Both the position numbers and the translations under genes were made by a program. A model generated the notes under the pieces. The model was not told the origin of the DNA and made no database searches. It saw only the letters and a list, made by a program, of their open reading frames with translations. Below, piece by piece: positions 60,632 through 64,000 of a stretch of 64,000 nucleotides of DNA (within the stretch, counting starts at the first letter, position 1; the number at the start of each line of letters is the position of its first letter). This DNA comes from Patescibacteria group bacterium (lineage in GTDB: Bacteria; Patescibacteriota; Minisyncoccia; Phycocordibacterales; PALSA-1337): positions 19,493 to 83,492 of the forward strand of contig JBBTRB010000006.1 of NCBI GenBank assembly GCA_038065395.1. The letters are read 5' to 3'.

Positions 60632-62593
60632 ATGAACGAAACGAATCCAAAACCACAGCCATCACCTGCAACACCACCGGCTCGACCAGCCCATACACCA
60701 CACCGCACCGGAGCACCAGCACAGCGTACCTGGCACAAACCAGCGAACAAGCATAGCTCTTCCGTGGCACGTACCGTATACAAGCCTGTAGAGGCCGCCA
60801 GTCACGTTGCAGGAGCTCGCATGAATATCGTGCGTCCCGACGCTGCCCGATCGATGCGCCGCCCTCCATCCAAACCTTTCGTAAAGCGTGAAGGTGATAC
60901 TATTCCTGCACTTGCGGCAGACTCGATCCGTATTATCCCACTCGGTGGTGTAGAAGAGATCGGCAAAAACATGACCGCGATCGAATTCGGTAACGATATC
61001 ATCGTGGTTGATATTGGATTCCAGTTCAAAGATGACGAGACTCCGGGTGTTGATTTTATCCTTCCGAATACAAAATATCTCGAAGAACGTCGTGACAAAG
61101 TCCGTGCAGTCATCATCACTCACGGTCACCTCGACCATATCGGAGGACTTCCCTATATCATGCCTCGTATCGGCAACCCGCCTGTATATACACGTCTCCT
61201 GACCTCGATCCTGATCAATAAGCGCCAAGAGGAATTCCCTCATGTACCAAAACTCGATCTACGTATCGTCGAGAAGAATGACACGCTGACGATCGGTGGT
61301 CTCAAGCTCAAGTTCTTCGCAGTGACACATACGATCCCCGATGCTATGGGCGTGATCGTCCAGACTCCGTACGGGTCTATCGTCCATACTGGTGACCTCA
61401 AACTCGACCATGACGAAGGTGTTGCAACTCCCGAAGAAGAGGCCGAATATGACCGCGCCTTCAAGAATGAGAACGTGCTCATGTTGATGGCCGACTCGAC
61501 CAACGTCGAAAATCCAGGCTTCTCTCTCCCTGAGAAAGTCGTACACAGGAACTTGGGCGAAATCATCAAGAATATGCAGGGACGATTGATCATCGCTACC
61601 TTCTCTTCTTTGCTCGAACGCCTTCTCAAGATCGTAGAATTCTCGGAACTCTACGGCAAAAAAGTCGTCGTCGAAGGCCGCAGTCTCAAACAGAACATCG
61701 AGATCTGCAAACATATCGGTCTCCTCAAAGCCAAGAAAGACACCATCATCTCGGTAGATGAGATCGAGAACTATCCTCCTGACCGGATCGTGATCCTCTC
61801 AACAGGTGCTCAGGCCAATGACTTCTCTGCTCTTGTACGTATGTCACAAAAGACTCATGCCAAGATCAAGATCACTCCTCGTGACACGATCATCCTCTCT
61901 TCATCAGTTGTGCCTGGCAATGAACGTGCTGTACAGAAGCTCAAAGACAACCTATCTCGCCAAGGAGCCAAGATCCTGCACTACAAGATCGCTGACGTTC
62001 ACTCTTCTGGTCATGCCAACCGTGACGAAACCGCCTGGATCCACAAAAAGATCCATCCGAAGTTCTTCATGCCACTCCACGGCTATCACTACATGCTCCG
62101 TGCCCACTGCGATGTAGCCAAAGAAGCCAACAACCTCCGCGAAGAGGACGTGATCGTCCCAGACAACGGCAACATCATCGAGATCCAAGGTGGCGGTGCT
62201 CGTATCGTCAAGCTCAAAGAGAAGGCCCCTTCTGGACTCGTTCTGGTGGACGGATTCTCTGTCGGTGACGTACAAGATGTCGTCATCCGTGACCGCCAAA
62301 TGCTCGCTCAAGACGGCATCTTCATCATCTTCGGTATCATGAACGCTCAGACGGGCAAGCTCCGCAAATCCCCTGACATCATCTCTCGTGGTTTCGTCTA
62401 TCTCCGTGAGGCACAGGAGCTCCTCCATGAAGTCCGTATCCTGATCCGTGATACGGTCGAACGATCTTCTCGTGGTATGAACCCGATCAATCTTGATCCG
62501 ATCAAAGACAACGTCACTGATGCCGTCGGCAAGTTCCTCCTCCAGCGCACCGCCAAGAGGCCGATTGTGATTCCGGTTATATTGACGATATAG
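60632..62593 (+). CDS. rnj: Ribonuclease J
   Basis: PLGGVEEIGKNM, THGHLDHIG, HTGDLK, HSSGHA. Confidence 0.96.
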   Translation: MNETNPKPQPSPATPPARPAHTPHRTGAPAQRTWHKPANKHSSSVARTVYKPVEAASHVAGARMNIVRPDAARSMRRPPSKPFVKREGDTIPALAADSIRIIPLGGVEEIGKNMTAIEFGNDIIVVDIGFQFKDDETPGVDFILPNTKYLEERRDKVRAVIITHGHLDHIGGLPYIMPRIGNPPVYTRLLTSILINKRQEEFPHVPKLDLRIVEKNDTLTIGGLKLKFFAVTHTIPDAMGVIVQTPYGSIVHTGDLKLDHDEGVATPEEEAEYDRAFKNENVLMLMADSTNVENPGFSLPEKVVHRNLGEIIKNMQGRLIIATFSSLLERLLKIVEFSELYGKKVVVEGRSLKQNIEICKHIGLLKAKKDTIISVDEIENYPPDRIVILSTGAQANDFSALVRMSQKTHAKIKITPRDTIILSSSVVPGNERAVQKLKDNLSRQGAKILHYKIADVHSSGHANRDETAWIHKKIHPKFFMPLHGYHYMLRAHCDVAKEANNLREEDVIVPDNGNIIEIQGGGARIVKLKEKAPSGLVLVDGFSVGDVQDVVIRDRQMLAQDGIFIIFGIMNAQTGKLRKSPDIISRGFVYLREAQELLHEVRILIRDTVERSSRGMNPINLDPIKDNVTDAVGKFLLQRTAKRPIVIPVILTI

Positions 62594-62602
62594 AACTTTT
62601 TT

Positions 62603-62725
62603 AGAGCGTATCCACAATCTTCATATGCGAGGCATTTTCAAGCGAAAATTCGAGCCTTATTGGATATAAGGTGAGAGTTTGAGCGTAGAAAATAACGAAG
62701 CAGATGGAGATTGTGGACTAGCTCT
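62603..62725. repeat. Full ~120-bp palindromic (MITE-like) element
   Basis: Arms tccacaatcttcatatgc (62611-62628) and gcagatggagattgtgga (62700-62717); central ccttat-tggat-ataagg hairpin. Confidence 0.8.
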
Positions 62726-64000
62726 TACAACCCCTGTAACTGATCGATCATAGTACGCTGAATAGTATCCGCACGTATCACCACCTCGTTGCCATAGAAT
62801 GAGTTGGCAGGAGTTTTGTTGTCACAAATGCGACCAGAATAGTACCTACAGGCGGCATTACGTTCACTACTGTATGTCTGGCCACTGGCACCAAGGTCTC
62901 CGAGGTACATAGCAGATGCCATGAAGGCATGTTGTGGATTCCACGGATCTGGACTACTGATACCGAGTGCCGACGCAATACGAGCTTCGAAGAGTACCCA
63001 AGTCGTCGGGATAAACTGCGCAGGACCCATCGCCCCTCCCCAACCAGCACCCCATGGACATGAGAGCGGCAAACCTTCGGTACTACCTCCCAGATTGGCT
63101 ACAATGCGCTTGAAAACAGTCTGGTCATCTCGACGAGAGAGACCGGCTTGTTTGTCTGCGGGACCTGGCATAATACGTGTCCAGTGTTTCTCGATCGGAT
63201 CTCCTACCCTGTTACAGGTACCCACATTGGCACCGAGGTTGGACTCTTGTTGTATGACTGCCAAGATGAAGGCTGGTCGCACGCCAGTCTTTTGTGATGC
63301 AGAGACGGCATATCGATACGCATCACCGAATGGTATCGGATCAGAACCTCTCAACGGGAAGAGAGTGGCACGGATCTGAGTTGCACGAGCACGTTTTGCG
63401 GCCAGATCGGTGGCGTATGCTTGCTCACTCATCTTACTCAATGACAAGAGGCGCTTCTTCTCTTTCTCATCAACTTCGATATTCTTTTGTTCTTGTTGGA
63501 TGATATAGCGCGCATCTATCTCGGTATTGCGGCGCTTGTCGAGAGTGTCACGTTCTGCCGAGGTTTCTGCTTTGTCTGTACGAAGTTGTTCGAAGGTATC
63601 TTTGAGACCTACCTGAACGGATTCAAAATCATCAATATCCTGCAGGACCCCTGTAATAGTAGTCTGTGCCAAGAGCATCTCTGGCACGGTCAATGAACTC
63701 GTTTCGTTGGTCTTGCGCATCAGAACTGCCAGGGTCTCTTTGCCCTTTTCGATACGTTGTTCGAGAGTCCCTATATGTGCCTCTTTTTGTTTTATATCCT
63801 TGCCCAGAGATTCGATCTTGAGATTCTTTGCACGGATATTGAGCTTGGCGGACTGGATCTTTTGGTCGAGCAGAGTGAGGTCACGTTGCAATGAAGAACT
63901 CTGTGCTTGAGTCTTGGCAAGCTCGGCCTCTACTTTCTTTTGTTCAGCCTCTACCTGGGCCAACTCTCTCTCGAGTGCCTCCTTCTGAGCCGGAGTCAGT
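62725..64000 (-). CDS. Coiled-coil plus lytic murein transglycosylase (SLT_2/MltB-like) protein, 5'-truncated by window edge
   Basis: Long coiled coil, QES.LG, GAMGPAQFIPTTW, DPWNP..A..A.A.YL. Confidence 0.88.
   Translation of the reverse strand, partial: LTPAQKEALERELAQVEAEQKKVEAELAKTQAQSSSLQRDLTLLDQKIQSAKLNIRAKNLKIESLGKDIKQKEAHIGTLEQRIEKGKETLAVLMRKTNETSSLTVPEMLLAQTTITGVLQDIDDFESVQVGLKDTFEQLRTDKAETSAERDTLDKRRNTEIDARYIIQQEQKNIEVDEKEKKRLLSLSKMSEQAYATDLAAKRARATQIRATLFPLRGSDPIPFGDAYRYAVSASQKTGVRPAFILAVIQQESNLGANVGTCNRVGDPIEKHWTRIMPGPADKQAGLSRRDDQTVFKRIVANLGGSTEGLPLSCPWGAGWGGAMGPAQFIPTTWVLFEARIASALGISSPDPWNPQHAFMASAMYLGDLGASGQTYSSERNAACRYYSGRICDNKTPANSFYGNEVVIRADTIQRTMIDQLQGL

Noticed and set aside
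60632-60900. Pro/Arg-rich N-terminal extension of RNase J; short EF-Ts; insertions in TsaD and GyrB
   Set aside because: Real but ordinary lineage-level variation with no evidence of inteins or new domains.

Overview
This 64-kb window looks like a small-genome Patescibacteria (CPR, probably Parcubacteria/Paceibacteria) chromosome using genetic code 11. The lineage is inferred from gene content: fused PheRS, short EF-Ts, and core genes that mostly lack Shine-Dalgarno sites. Most of it is housekeeping (ftsA-ftsZ, trxB, ung, ABC exporter pair, tsaD, gyrB, pheS, tsf, rpsB, prfA, rpmE2, eno, gpmI, lepA, murJ, rnpB, nrdAB, htpX-lemA, groES-EL, secG, rnj), with six tRNAs. Self-contained promoter-ORFan-terminator cassettes sit between these genes. 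Best leads: (1) a homologous, structured 170-bp element behind two different tRNA-Ser genes, each time duplicating that tRNA's own 3' end; (2) an orphan MazF/PemK gene overlapped at its 3' end by an antisense promoter-hairpin-terminator unit, a candidate RNA antitoxin; (3) a tRNA-Ser with the normally absent ACT anticodon; (4) an unassigned ~300-nt structured transcript with its own promoter and terminator; (5) secreted ORFans carrying a Verrucomicrobia-like Y-x-x-Q-S-S...W...FR module, a possible host clue; (6) an RNase P RNA containing four copies of one hairpin. All assignments were made by eye; no searches or folding programs were run.
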